Positions 24,590 to 38,699 are shown, counted from the first letter of the whole stretch. The stretch: DNA of 59,234 nucleotides, filler included, from Dugesia japonica (GCA_001938525.1; 5 parts of 5 records of this genome joined end to end with filler, not necessarily neighbours in it), one strand, 5' to 3'. The notes: a model not told the origin generated them from the sequence alone. Program-made: numbers and translations.

Positions 24590-24791
24590 TCTCTTAATTG
24601 AAATACACTTAAATCATCATATTGAATATTTACACAATAAGACATTGGGAGTACTGATTACATAATTTACTGATTAATCAACATTTAATTGAGACTAATA
24701 TTTACAAATTGTTTTAATATTGTTTCCTTTGTTACTTTTACTGTACTGCATCCTGATTTTATGTTTATTTACAATTTGCCGGGTATTCCAC

Positions 24792-25313
24792 TCATACATA
24801 CACCACATACCACTCATCTATTGGACATTTACACACTACACATCGCTGGAACTTGTTTCTCTGGTGACATTTTTGACAAACTGCTACATGCCCACAAGAT
24901 AAATTTGATACTGAAACCGCTTTAACTTCGCATTCTCCACACCTCATCATTTTTTCTGTCTTTACTTTACATAATAATGACACCGTCTCCTCAAACTCTT
25001 TCATCTTTTCGACTAGCTTCTGCACCTCATTGAAAAACTGAACATTTCTCAATCGTGGCTCACTGGTATTCCAATAACATTCATTCCACATTTCTTTATC
25101 ATCTTTATTTGTCTGTTGCATCGTCAGTACTCCAACTATTATCAAGATAGCATTTTGATAACCAAACATTTCCTCGAAATATGACACATTCTCATGCTTC
25201 ATTCTCTGATAAATTTGTTGTAATTCTGCGATTGATTTCTTTTCCAAAATTGACTTCTCTATCATTATCTTCTCCCCCCCACATCTCCACAGCCTTTGAA
25301 AATCTTCAGACAT
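24792..25313 (-). CDS. 173-aa protein with C-terminal IAP/MDM2-type RING finger (putative E3 ligase)
   Basis: CGEC...LSCGHVAVCQKC....RCVVCKCPIDEWYVVYV* is a C3HC4 RING with a hydrophobic C-terminal tail; intact, no BIR domain seen. Confidence 0.8.
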   Translation of the reverse strand: MSEDFQRLWRCGGEKIMIEKSILEKKSIAELQQIYQRMKHENVSYFEEMFGYQNAILIIVGVLTMQQTNKDDKEMWNECYWNTSEPRLRNVQFFNEVQKLVEKMKEFEETVSLLCKVKTEKMMRCGECEVKAVSVSNLSCGHVAVCQKCHQRNKFQRCVVCKCPIDEWYVVYV

Positions 25314-25360
25314 TCTCTATACAAATTGGAATCATTCTAATTACGCACTGATTATGTAAA

Positions 25361-25455
25361 TATTAGGTTGGAACAAAAGTGCGTAGCGTTTTTTATATGA
25401 AAATGAAACTCAAAATGAAGGCCTTTATACATTTATTTAATCTGTAAAATAATTA
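25361..25455 (+). mobile_element. Mariner-type TIR at contig end
   Basis: TA|TTAGGTTGGAACAAAAGT. Confidence 0.55.
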
Positions 25456-25555
25456 NNNNNNNNNNNNNNNNNNNNNNNNNNNNNNNNNNNNNNNNNNNNT
25501 TAATTAATTAANNNNNNNNNNNNNNNNNNNNNNNNNNNNNNNNNNNNNNNNNNNN
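25456..25555. other. Artificial contig linker
   Basis: N44-TTAATTAATTAA-N44. Confidence 0.97.
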
Positions 25556-25693
25556 AAATCTATCAATTCGTTGGCAAAAGTGTGTAAACGCTAATGATTT
25601 TTATTTTTATTAATAAACCTTTTGTTTCGGCTCACTTAAGATGTTTTAAAATTAAGGTTCAAAAACGTGCAAAACTTTCTGAACAACCTAATA
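25556..25693 (+). mobile_element. Mariner transposase C-terminus and right TIR
   Basis: LSIRWQKCVNANDFYF* then ...CTGAACAACCTAA|TA. Confidence 0.7.
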
Positions 25694-25959
25694 ATATTGC
25701 CTGGGAAGTATTAAATGCTAATGTTATTATTGCCCGTGGTGATTNATATTGATATTAATATTGTTCNAGGGAATATTTAATGTTAATATTGTTGTTGAGA
25801 AAATCACTTTCTATCAATTTTGGTTAAAAAAAACATGCTGTTTCATCGATTTTCCATGAAGAAACTAATTTCACCTAATCTAAACAAAAAAATCATTAAT
25901 TTAACTTAATTAAAACCAGTTAATCATTATGTAATTTTTACATAACCGTGACATAATCA

Positions 25960-26125
25960 ATTCTCAACGCAATTAACACACACTCAACAATTAAGCCAAT
26001 CAAATTCTACACCACTTGACCTTAACAATTTCGACCAATCACAATGTATGAAACGTGTGTGCTACCAATCAAATTAAGCACCAAAGTTTTCAACCCCATG
26101 CTGTGCCGTGCGGACCTATCTACCT
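25960..26125. repeat. Polinton-like terminus with CCAATC subterminal repeats
   Basis: TTGACCTTAACAATTTCGACCAATCACAAT units related to 47590-47760; ends CTATCTACCT. Confidence 0.4.
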
Positions 26126-26419
26126 ACAATTTTACATTGCTAAAAATAGTCTTGCAGTAATTTCCAATATAAATGGATTTAAAAGATCAACTATTTTCGC
26201 AATAGTTAAGANNNNNNNNNNNNNNNNNNNNNNNNNNNNNNNNNNNNNNNNNNNNNNNNNNNNNNNNNNNNNNNNNNNNNNNNNNNNNNNNNNNNNNNNN
26301 NNNNNNNNNNNNNNNNNNNNNNNNGTATTTCTCTAATAAAAGAAGATGTAATAATGAATGTGTATTAAAACGAGTAAACCCACCATTTTCCGTTATATAA
26401 AAGGGTTCAGTTTGAGTTT

Positions 26420-26705
26420 TAAAAGAATACATACTGACCAAAAAAAAGAGGCGAACAATAAATTTTTAGTTTAAGAGCTGAATTTGCTGTAATGCTTATG
26501 TCTTTAATTTGAAGTGTTGATTTTGAAGATTCAAAACCCTTTTATATTGATGAAGTTGGATTTAATGTATCTATGCGAACCAAACATGGGAGATCTCTAG
26601 TTGGGTCACGTGCAATACATTTTGTTCCATTACTCCACTCAAGAAATATTTCAGTCTGTTGTGCTATTAACAAGAATGAAATATTATTTCATAAAGTTCA
26701 AAACA
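26420..26705 (+). pseudogene. IS630/Tc1-type transposase fragment
   Basis: FYIDEVGFNVSMRTKHGRSLVGSRA...RNISVCCAINKNEIL. Confidence 0.8.
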
Positions 26706-28529
26706 TGGTGCAATGTGTACCTTAAAAGACTTATTTTGTAATTTTTTCTTCTATTTTATTTATTGTTATTGTAATTATTTTGTTAAGATTGCTTTAAGAA
26801 TTATGTAAGCCCCAAGAGAGTCTCCAAATAAAAAAAAATAAGTACGTGTAGGGACACTTGAAGTGTATGCTGTGCTGATTTATGTTAACCAGAGAACAAT
26901 TTAATAATTTAATTAAAATACTAGAAATAATAAAATTACTATAGTTTAGCAAACCAGTAACCTAAATTTAAAAATTTTTATTTAACAAACAGAAAAGGGT
27001 AAAAATTTACTGTTTTTTGTTGCAATTGGAACTGTTTTAATATTATGTGATTTCAATTATCTTGAAATAAGTTGTGGATTTTCAACTAAAATTACACAAT
27101 AATTCTAAATCATAAAATAAAACCAATTTAGATTCATCGGACGGTACCTTGGGTTTTATTTTAATTTTGAACATTCGATTTAAAAATTTAACTTTGTCCC
27201 AATTATTATTTTGAATTTTTTTCTATATATGGCGGTTGCTAAGTTTTATAATTTATCAGATCTTTTTAAATTTTTTTAAATTTCAAATTCTCCTTTGATA
27301 AACTTCAACGGCTGGCAAGTTTCTTAAAATCTTTGATTTCAATATTTTATTTCAATATAAATTTTGTCAATTATAATAGACTTTTTTTATATAATTAATT
27401 TTAATAAATATAATTAAATTACACAAAAGTATATACATACACTCACGTGTGTATGTATATACTTTAAAACTGACAATTTTAATAAAAAGAATAATAAAAT
27501 GAAATAAAAAATAACATAACTTATGGCTTACAATACGCACTATTTTTCCGAATATATAATAAAACTTATTAATAAACTCGCTTCATTAAATGTTGCGCCA
27601 TTTTTTATGAATATTAAATGTTTTTATAAGGTTGAGCAGGTTAGAAATCTTACTGAAACAGCCGGGCACAGAATGATTTTTTACAGCTTTATTCCCCATT
27701 TCTTAAATCCATTGAGAATATATTCTCGAAGTGTAAGCAATTGTTAAGAAATTAACGTGTTCAAATGAAAATGAACCTTTTGNNNNNNNNNNNNNNNNNN
27801 NNNNNNNNNNNNNAAATGATAATTGTACCGATTATTATACGAATATGCTAAGTTATAATCCCAAATGCCTCAGAGAAGAAATAAATTATGATTAAAAGGT
27901 TTTTTATTAAATTTTTGTACATTATTAAAAATTTATTAAAGTATTGTCATGAAATATTACTATTTACGAAGTTGTTTTAATTATAAAAAATCCAAGAACA
28001 AAACTATTTCTGTTTGCAGATATGATAAAAATAAATAATGTCTATTATTCACACAACAGTAATACATAAAATACCGTAAAAATAAAGTTATAATAAAAAC
28101 ATTTATAAAAGGTATTTATATTGCTTTCGTTTATGAATAATACTTAAATAAAGCTGATTAGTTTGAATGAAGTTTGCCAATACATTTATTCTGAATTATT
28201 TTAGTTGAATATCAAATTTTATAAATTTATATTTTATATTTCATAATTTTAATGATAATAATTAAATGTCAAAATTGATTGAAATAATGTCAAAATATGA
28301 TGAAAAACCCTATTATTAAAAAAACACTGAATTCATTATAAATAACACNNNNNNNNNNNNNNNNNNNNNNNNNNNNNNNNNNNNNNNNNNNNNNNNNNNN
28401 NNNNNNNNNNNNNNNNNNNNNNNNNNNNNNNNNNNNNNNNNNNNNNNNNNNNNNNNNNNNNNNNNNNNNNNNNNNNNNNNNNNNNNNNNNNNNNNNNNNN
28501 NNNNNNNNNNNNNNNNNNNNNNNNNNNAG

Positions 28530-29115
28530 CACATGAGAATCCGAAAGTTGTGTAGCAAGTTAGTTTCGAGATTTTTACCAGCTGAAATAATGACTAGACG
28601 AAAAATGGTCTGTAAAAGTAATCTTCGTCTTCTGAATGCAGTCCGAACAAGTATTTTGCCTAAAATAATAACTACAGATGAGACGCCATTGAGTCTCTAC
28701 CTTCCTTAATCTTAACGAAATTCAAAGGAACAGATTTTCAAAAATAAGAAGCCATCCATAATAATCTCATACTTCAAACCCGAAGCATCCAATACAAGCC
28801 ATGCAGCCACGATCTTTATTTGCTCCATGAAAACGATCTTATTCAAACATCCAAAAAACACAAGAAACATTAACAAAAGCTGGATTTGTGCAGCTCCATT
28901 CAATCCAGATCTTACAACAATTGATTTCTGGTTGCTCCATCATCTGAAGAAACATATGTGAGGACATAAGTTTGTTTCAAAGGATGATATGAAGGACAAC
29001 ATGACGAGATTCCTCATGTAGAAGGATCAAAATTTCTTTGAAAGCGGCTTCGATGGAATAGTCGACCGCTGGAAAAGTGCTCATTGTAAACGGAGGTTAC
29101 GTCGAGAAATGAGAC
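28530..29115 (+). pseudogene. Mariner transposase C-terminal half, decayed
   Basis: APFNPDLTTIDFWLLHHLKKHM*GHKF...FFESGFDGIVDRWK (YSPDLAP.DF motif). Confidence 0.75.
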
Positions 29116-31623
29116 CTATGAATGTAGCAGTAACAAACGACGAAGGAATTAATTGTCAATTGTAAAATTTACGAAATAAAAAAAATAATTNCTGGCACAT
29201 AAATTATTGAATCTACAAAACAAAGAATTATTTCACTAGACAGAAACAAATTAAACAAGAATTAGGAAGAGAAAATGTGTGGGCCAATCTGGATTAATAA
29301 TTACAATTATTGCGAGAATAATTGTTGGACTTAACCATATGAACAAAATAAATTGAAAATGCCATTGTCAAGTAAATCAAATCTAAGAGTTAATGGGCTC
29401 AACGAGCTCTCAGTTCCATGAACTTTCCAATGATATATAATATTCCGTGACTTAATTAATAATTAATTAAAAATATAAACCTTGCACATAAAAGGGTTCG
29501 CGTCTCTAAAGTGTTAAATAAAAATTAAATAATCAGTTATTGCAATCTCTAAAGTGAATTATTTATACTAAACTTTACACTGATGTCAATGGATTTAATT
29601 TAGAATCTAATTAATGATCTAGATTTGAAATTTTCTTTATTTATTTTACCAGTAAAAAATACTGATTTATAAATTTCAATTGTTTAGAAAGCCCTTATAA
29701 AATTTAATTATTGGGATTATTCTTATTTTTGATAAATAATTTTAATGAAAACGATAAAATTAATAAATTATAATTAGGGAGATTTATTTTAATATCTAAA
29801 AAAATTTAATTTCATAACTAAAAAATATTTTTTATATTTTAAAAATAAAATTTCGTATTTTATATACCTATTATATTATAATTATATATTATATTATAAC
29901 TAGTAATTCTTTAACTACATCAGTTTCAAGGACAAAACATATTTTTGTTATTTATAGAAATTATTAATATTATTAATATCCGATATTGGACAATGAATTT
30001 TTTAAGCCAATCAAAAGTTATTGAATATTTAAGATCAAACTTTTTATTAATAAGAAATATCATAACTTTAAAAGTTTTTATTGTAAATAGTCTCATGCGT
30101 TAAATTTCAAGGGTATGAGAAGCCTTATTTTGTTGAGACAAATTTTTTTATTTGAAATTTTATCGCTTTAATTCACATACTTTTAAAAATTTTTTTGTAT
30201 ACTGTTACTTATACTACATTAGTAATTATTGTTTACTAAGTAATAATAATCTAACATTCAATTTTATTTTTATCTTAATATTTTATTAAATTTTTCCTTT
30301 AATTAGTCTTCATGTCCGTTCTTAATTCTTTTACTTGATATATTTTCTTAAAAATTTGTTTTTCAATTCAAATTTTGTAAAATTGCCGAAAGCTACAAAA
30401 CTATCATTAATTTTGGTTTTCACTTCAATTTTTAAGTCACTTCCATGTCTCGTGATATTAGTAGGTACTAATATTTTATTATTTAGCTTCCATAATCAGG
30501 TTATTTGGCCTAATCTCCTTTCCGTCTATTNNNNNNNNNNNNNNNNNNNNNNNNNNNNNNNNNNNNNNNNNNNNNNNGAAAATAAATTAATTTAAGTTCA
30601 AAATTCAATATTTTGTAATAATAATTCAATAATAATAAAAATCGATAAATTATTTCATATTTATTAGGTAATTTTAAAAGCGTAAATTTTTGAATGTTTT
30701 AAAATGCAAAATTGCCGATTGTAAAATTAAAATTGTAAATATAAATTGTTGAAATGTGTAATTTATATTCTTTGAATTAAAAGAATTTTAGATAATGTAA
30801 ATTCGTAATGTAATACATTTTATACAAATTTATTATTGAAAGTTTCTACAATGTAAATATAAAATTTAATTGAAAATTTGGAATATTATTTATTAAATTT
30901 GAATTGTTTTATTATTAAATAATTTTATATTTTATATAATTTAAATAATTTAATAAAAAATTTTTTTAATAACTTGTTTACATAAATTATATATAACATA
31001 AATTGCATAATGTAATTTTGGGAAGAAACGTTCAGAAAGCAAGAAGAATATTTTGGAAGAATTATTTGTGGTTTAATAAAGTTACCTTGAAATTCTTATT
31101 TTAATTGAATTGAATGATGCACACAAATAAATCTAACAAGGATAAAAAAAANNNNNNNNNNNNNNNNNNNNNNNNNNNNNTTATATGATTATTTTTTTTT
31201 AATAATTTATTTTGTTTTTTAATAAAATTTCCTTTGAAAATTTATATTTATTTGTAATTATTGATTAAAAATTTTATTATGATTTCCAAAAAAATTATTG
31301 AAACTTTTTTTAATAATCAATTAATTTAATTTTATAATTTTTTTAATGGATTTTTCTCCACTGATTTAAAGCCCAAGCCTCTTTTCAATTTTATTACAAT
31401 TGAAATAATATCGTAAATCTGTTTATTTTTATTTATTACTTAAAATAAAAAATAAATAAAATTTAAAATAATTTTTTAATTTTTCACAATTTGCTTTACT
31501 AATTTTTTTTAGAAAAACAATTAAATGTAATTTTTAAAATTTTATAATTATTAATATTAATTAATTATAAAATCATATTAAAAACTGATTCAATTCTGAT
31601 TCAAATTTTCTGAGTATTTAATT

Positions 31624-32264
31624 CAGTGTCGGGCAACCGAAAAAAAAAACTTTTGGAATTGTTTAAATTTTTTAGCGTTTTTGAATTTTCGTTTCTCAAG
31701 TACTCGACATGACAAAAACGAAGTGAGTTATCAACCAATTTATGGAGTGTGAAGCTGAGAATCTTAAATAGGAACGTAAAATAATTCATTAATTTAAAGA
31801 ATGATCTAGTTTCCAAAAGAATATTCGCTGTAAAAGTACTTTCAGAGTTGTGTATATTTTTAAACAGTAAATTTTCTCTATTCAGCAGCAAACAAAAAGA
31901 ATTGCTGTTACCATTTGGAAGCTCTAATCTTTGCAAGCATGGATTTTCAGCACTAACAGAAAAGAAGTCAAAGAAGCACAAAAAACTTCGAATGATCTTT
32001 CAAATATTGAGCTTTACAAACATTTTATTTACGCCGAAAAGCAATCTCAGCGTTCGCATTAATCAAAAATAGAGTTTTACATGTGATAGATTAAACACTT
32101 GTTAATAATAATTCTTTCACGTTTACAAAATTATCAGTTTTTAATGTGNNNNNNNNNNNNNNNNNNNNNNNNNNNNNNNNNNNNNNNNNNNNNNNNNNTG
32201 TGCACTGCATAAATTTTTTTTGTGGCTCAGTGTGCCTTGATCCGAAAAAGGTTGCCCAACTCTG
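31624..32264 (+). mobile_element. Non-autonomous hAT (Charlie-like) element
   Basis: TIRs CAGTGTCGGGCAACC / GGTTGCCCAACTCTG; 8-bp TSD ATTTAATT / ATTTTATT; internal LLLPFGSSNLCKHGFSAL dimerisation-domain relic. Confidence 0.85.
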
Positions 32265-33908
32265 ATTTTATTCATAATTAATAAAATAAAATTACGGAAG
32301 TAACAATTAGTTAGATGATTTATTCCATCATCTCTACATACTGTTGAATAGATTAAACTATTTTATTGATTTAAAATGTCATTCTTNNNNNNNNNNNNNN
32401 NNNNNNNNNNNNNNNNNNNNNNTGATAAAATATCTAGGGATACAATATTTATTCATTGGCTTAATTTTCATTAAGTAAATATTAGAATTAGGTCAAAATT
32501 CAATTTGTTAACTAACTCAGTCAGATGATAATGAAATACCAGGTTATCGATAATATTAATTTGTCTGAAAAATACGATTAATCAAATGATTAAAATGGTC
32601 TTAAAATAGTAAAAATAGATTCCAGATTTAGATCACGTTTTCAATATGAAAACAATAAATTTAAAAGAAAATCTTTAAAGAACATTTCTTTCATTTAATC
32701 TCTAATCAATAAATCCACGATAATTAGAACGGTCGCATACCGCAGTTATCATGTTTTTTTCGCTTAGGTGGAGAATCTGTGGTCATGCGCTCTCATCTAC
32801 CTACTGGTCATGTAAAAATATTTGTTAGCAAAAATTGAACAAGAAGTACGCAACACGCGGAAAGTAGTACATATTAATCGAAAAAGATATATCATATCAT
32901 ACTGATCTGCAGAAAACAATACGCCTGGTTACCTAAGTTAAACATAAAATTAATACGTAAATGTAAATAAATGAAAGCACCATCATATAAAAATACGTTA
33001 AAAAATATAGTAAAGTTATATTTATCTAAATTTGCTTGTAGGAACTTCTGAGTACTATGCGAGGATCGCATATAAAAAAAAATATTTTTGAAAAATTCAG
33101 TTTTTTTTTGAAAACTTAAATTAAAATATTTTTTAAAAAAATTGGGAATTTTCAATTTTTACTTATGTCGGCAAAAAGGGGTTAAAGGGGTTTGAAAAAA
33201 GTATTTTAAATTTTATGATTTTTAAAATATATTTTGTTTGTTTTTTGATTAAAAATAAAATAATTAAACCGAAATGTTGCATTTAATTTCTCATCAAATT
33301 TGAAATCCTTATAAATTAAATAAGAAAATTATGTTCAATTATCGTTGTTAGATGAGCTTGAGACACTCATCGTTGAATTTAAGACTTGATAATTTCATTG
33401 AGAAATTATAATAAAACAAAGATAACAAATATAAATTTGTTTTTTAAAAAAAGCCAACCATTTTAATTTGTCTAATTTTTTCCATTAGTTCAAATTTTCA
33501 TTTTTATTTTTAAATACATTACATTAAACTATTTCAAAAACTTAATTTAAATGAATTAAATTATTTACTTAATGGNNNNNNNNNNNNNNNNNNNNNNNNA
33601 TTCCTTTTATTAAATTATTAAATTAAATAATAAAATTTAATTTAATCCAATCACTTATATTTTTCTAATTTTTTCTAATTTTTTAATAAAAATTTCAACT
33701 TATTTTAAAAATACATATTATATTAAATTATTTGCAAAAAAATTGAATAACTTTTAAATTTTCTACATTTATTTTATCAAATTAATTATTGAATTATTTA
33801 TGCTAAAAAATTTAACTGGCTCAATCCATTTCTCAGTTGTATTAGTAGTGGTGTAGAGGAGGTATATTCTGTCCAGGGTGGTCATTAAAATTTGACAATT
33901 CACACAAC

Positions 33909-34408
33909 ATTAGGAAAAATTATTTTTTTATTTAAAATTTATTTTTAAATGCAAATATCAAAATGATGTTCTTCTATTTTCAAAGATTGTTCAATATTTC
34001 GGATATGTCTTCTTCAGTAACTATTGTTAAAATAATTCTGGTTATACATTAATCTGATTAAAATTAATTTTTAATAAAAAATTAATTTATTGAAAATATT
34101 CATTTATTTTACAGGTTAGAATAATTTGAAAAAATGTTTTACTTCATGGTTTCCACCAATTAACCGAGAATATGTTCAATAAATTTAAAATTTAATGTTG
34201 TAATTAGTGATCAATGAAAATTAATTTTAATCAGATTAATGTAAATTGTGTTTCTATTTAAACATTTATAACAAAAATGAATTGAGCAATAGTTCCTGAA
34301 GAAAGCATAACAGAAATATTGAACAATCTCTGAAAATAGAAGAATATCATTTTGATCTTTCCATTTAAAAATAAATTTTAAATAAAAAAATTTATTTTTT
34401 CCTAATAT
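33909..34408. repeat. Foldback inverted repeat (about 160-190 bp arms)
   Basis: TTCTTCTATTTTCAAAGATTGTTCAATATTTC versus GAAATATTGAACAATCTCTGAAAATAGAAGAA; TACATTAATCTGATTAAAATTAATTTT also inverted. Confidence 0.75.
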
Positions 34409-35036
34409 TCATTTATTTTAATGATCCAGGGTTAGAATAATTTTAAAAAAAGTTTTATGTTTTTTTATTGTTTGGAAAAATTTAAAAAATAATACTTTTA
34501 AATAATTATTAAATCTGTATTAAAATAAAATTGATCTGGGTAATTCATCCCACTTCCTTGATTAATATAAACAAAAGTGCCGCCATCATCGAACCACTCT
34601 TTCTATGTCACTGTGTATTTGTTATTCGTCATTCAATTTTGGACTATTCGTTATATTGATTTAATTATTCACATCAATGCTGATGATTTATTTTAAGTAT
34701 CGCATTTGGTAAAACCAATCGAATAATCAATTTAATAAATATAATTATTATCATGATTATTACTTTATCATAATAATGAAACTTACTGGAAATAGAAAAT
34801 CAAATCATTCGGATGAAAACTTAAAAACGAATGAAATAAAAAAAGTACTACAAAAATATTTAATTCAATTTGTAATTGAAACTATTTCTACAGAATTCTA
34901 ATTTATCAAATTTACCATCAACATGCTCCACAAACAATGTGAATTTGATTATTAGATTTTTTGATAAATATTTTTAATTAGAATTCAGGTTCAAAGGCAG
35001 ATCTTAAATAAAGAATATTCTAATTTTTATTCACCT

Positions 35037-35332
35037 TTGAACGAAATTCAAAAATTTCTCTCAAATTACGAAAATGAAGAAGTGGAAAAAATTAATACAA
35101 TAATGAGATCATTCAAACAANCATCAATTGAATATCTTTACAACATATTTGGATATAATCNATCGATATTGAAATTATGCAGTTGGATAATGCAATCAAA
35201 TCAAATCGATATCACTGATAATGAAATGAATGATTATTTTTGGAAGATTATGAATTTAAGATTCGATGAAAATTATGGAAAAATAATTAGTAAGTGGATA
35301 GAAGATATTGATAAAATTGAAGAAAAAATGCT
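35037..35332 (+). CDS. Partial helical ORF cut by contig end, unknown product
   Basis: About 98 open codons with plausible composition; no motif recognised. Confidence 0.3.
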
Positions 35333-35432
35333 NNNNNNNNNNNNNNNNNNNNNNNNNNNNNNNNNNNNNNNNNNNNTTAATTAATTAANNNNNNNNNNNN
35401 NNNNNNNNNNNNNNNNNNNNNNNNNNNNNNNN
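35333..35432. other. Artificial contig linker
   Basis: N44-TTAATTAATTAA-N44. Confidence 0.97.
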
Positions 35433-35808
35433 GCAATGATGACAATTTGAAAATGTTCATCAACAATTCGCTCTATCAACTTACAATTTTAAATGATAAT
35501 CACACACTTTCACTCAAATATGTTTTTTAATAATAAATTATTGAAATGAAAATAAAATTTTTCTGTTAATTTTTATTTCTTTAATTCTTAAAGTTTAGTA
35601 TTTTCTCAGACTATTATGAAATTTTTAGACTAGTAAAATTTTATTTACAAACCGTCATTTTAGACTTGTGATACTTAGGTAAAAATAATATGGATTATTT
35701 ATTTATTTTATATTTATTTTATATTATAATTATTTATATTTCAAACTAAAATGATTTCATAAATCTTACTATATTTGTCAAAAATTAGAATTATTTTCTC
35801 TCATTTAG

Positions 35809-36370
35809 ACTATTTTTTCCTCCGATTTATGACAATATTAATGAAAATATATCAGAAAACAAGGAAATATTTGGTAAACAACTGGTTCGAAACAACTATC
35901 ACCAAATTCTTGCGGATCTCGATATTGAAATTGTGAATGAAAAGGCATTGTTTAATAATGATGAGAAATTATCTTATCCGGGTTTGAGATTCTTCACTGA
36001 AGCCGATTCACAAGATATTCTTAAAACCAAGCGACCATTTATGAAACATATGGATACTAAAGATTCTCATAAAGACAATTTAATGGAAAATATAATTAAT
36101 AAGTCTCGTCGTTGGGAAATAGATGATAGAATTCGATCAAGAGAATCATTTGATTACTTGGTACCATGTCATAGTCGAATTGATCATCAGAAATTACATC
36201 GGGAATTTGAAGATTCGAAAGATGCTAATACAAAACAATGGCAACCGTTAACTCTTGGTGCAGTTATGGATTTCAAAATTACAAAGAAACCGACTTTTGT
36301 CGACGAACAAAGTCTTCATTTCAGACAAGGTTCTGTAAAATTGTGGAGGCCAAAATTAGCACAAACGTGA
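35809..36370 (+). CDS. Terminal exon of a host gene, tentatively TSGA13-like
   Basis: Acceptor TCTCTCATTTAG at 35808; 186 open codons (LFFPPIYD...); C-terminal WQPLTLGAVMDFK...FRQGSVKLW recalls the TSGA13 EPLTL...FRNG...W tail (from memory); AATAAA at about 36563. Confidence 0.6.
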
Positions 36371-36663
36371 ATCACAACTTATTTGAATCGATTCAATACT
36401 GATCGTGTTTATAGTTTGTGTTCATTTGATCTATTTTTTTTGATTTGCAATTTTTCAAGTTGGTAGGATTTCTGAGTTATTTGAAGTCAATAATTAGGAA
36501 AATTGTATAAACAAAGATTTATTAAACAGTCAAAAAATTTAGAAAAAGTTTGCAATTAATAGAATAAAATGAAGTTACAAAAGTAATATATATTTCAACC
36601 AAAACTAACCTCATGAATTATACAATAAAAATTCTTCAGTATCTGAATTTTTGGTAACAGAAT

Positions 36664-37214
36664 CAATTTCTACTAGGAATTAATTTCTACTAGGAATTAA
36701 ATTTCTATTTGGAATAATATAGAAATAAATTTTAAAAATCATGCCAGCCTAATTTTAATGCCATGTGGTATTTGTGATTATTGTTTTACATGCATGATGA
36801 ATTTATGTGTGATATCAAATCCAGAATTCCCTCAGCATAGCATTAACCGTACTGAATGTCATATTCAGATTCCAGACTTTGTTTTTCATTATAATTCGTT
36901 AAAAATTTATCTGGATTTTATTTAGTTGATTCATTTCTTAAATTTTTATGTGTTTGTATGGAGTGATGAATTAAAACCAAATAAGAATTAAAATTTTATT
37001 AAATAAATAATCTTTTTTCAATAAATCTTTGTAGGATAGTCCTGGGTTGTCTTGATTCTATAACTCGTTTGTAATGAGGTATCAAAATTTAATTAATTCA
37101 AGAATTAATTTTTTTCTTTTACCATTCTTATTAAATGGTTCATAAATAGGCAATAATAAAATCAAATAAATGGTTTCTACGAGGTTGAAATTAACTCCTA
37201 GTAGAAATTAATTG
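36664..37214. mobile_element. MITE-like element with inverted subterminal repeats
   Basis: Tandem AATTTCTACTAGGAATT on the left, inverted CCTAGTAGAAATT on the right. Confidence 0.4.
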
Positions 37215-37495
37215 CACCCCTAAATTTTCTGATGCCTGACAAATTACATCTACTGCTTCAAAACACAATCTTACACAAAAATATTTAAACAGCACTCAAA
37301 AAATTACATTTAAATTAACACGTTAAAATAAAAAATACATAACAATTTGAAAAATCCTAACTTCCTTAGTAATAATCATTCTTTACAAAAACTCTATAGA
37401 TAATCATGTGAAGGCGATTTTATTATACCAAAACAACTATTCACCGAAAATAATTTATTGTGGGAAACTGATTAAAATAAAATAAAATGCACCAC

Positions 37496-38205
37496 CAGGG
37501 CCGTCTTAAGAAATTCGGCGCCCAAGGACTACTAAAAATAAGGCGTATCTCTTCGTAAGAAATTTCACATAATAGCAGATGGGAGAGGGGTGTCCGGCAA
37601 AATTATACAAAAGGGTCAGAACTAGAAAAAATCAATTTATTTCCTTNNNNNNNNNNNNNNNNNNNNNNNNNNNNNNNNNNNNNNNNNNNNNNNNNNNNNN
37701 NNNCTTTAAGAACAAAAACAAACCTTAATGCAAACAAGAAGTAAATGGAAATTATATATTTATTTTCCTAGCTTTTTAGTTGGCAAACTGATCAATAATA
37801 TCACTCGTATTTAAGTTATCAAATAAATCTCTCTCAATTGATAATATAATTAAATCATTGAATTTCCTCTGTACCAAAGGATATCGTAATTAATTTTTTA
37901 TTCTTTTTATTGCTGAAAACTAATAAAATGAAAAAGGAACTTTTTTAAAACTAATAACTAAATGACTAATAATAACAAAATATATACAGACGCGCACCCA
38001 GTTTTTTCAATAAAAATAAGAGTCGAGTTCAATTTAAAGATTTTTGATATATAATATATGATTAAAATAATTTATATTCATTTTGGATAGGAAAGTTGAC
38101 AAAGCCAATCCATTTAATCGATATATATATAGCAACTAAAAATTGCCGCTCCAAAAAGCTTGAGTTCTGAGGCTATAGCTCATTCCTATGGTTAGGGCGG
38201 CCCTG
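37496..38205. mobile_element. Non-autonomous hAT-like MITE
   Basis: TIRs CAGGGCCGTCTTAA / TTAGGGCGGCCCTG; degenerate 8-bp TSD. Confidence 0.7.
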
Positions 38206-38699
38206 ATCACAACTAGTTTTCAAAGTTAAAAATTAATACAAATAATTATAAATTATTTAATTCACTTCATATATTGAAAATCTTGATAATCTAATTTGAA
38301 ATAACTAACGGATATTACAGAATAATATGAATCATACTATTTAAATAGTACAACCAAAAAAAATAAAAATTTAGATAATTAATCAGTTTGGTCAGACACA
38401 TAATTAGTTGTTTCATATTATGTTATTCTCATACCCATTTCGACGAATAAAATGGCATCTATCCAATTTGTGAAAAATTTCAAGCTGGTTGAATAAATTC
38501 TATTTTTGCAGTTCTAAAAATTCTTTCTACNNNNNNNNNNNNNNNNNNNNNNNNNNNNNNNNNNNNNNNNNNNNNNNNNNNNNNNNNNNNNNNNNNNNNN
38601 NNNNNNNNNNNNNNNNNNNNNNNNNNNNNNNNNNNNNNNNNNNNNNNNNNNNNNNNNNNNNNNNNNNNNNNNNNNNNNNNNNNNNNNNNNNNNNNTTTT

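Noticed and set aside
25361-25693. Apparent complete mariner MITE
   Set aside because: The two ends lie across an artificial linker and their TIRs differ.
34540-34730. Possible LINE RT relic on the minus strand
   Set aside because: Motifs too degraded to support a call.
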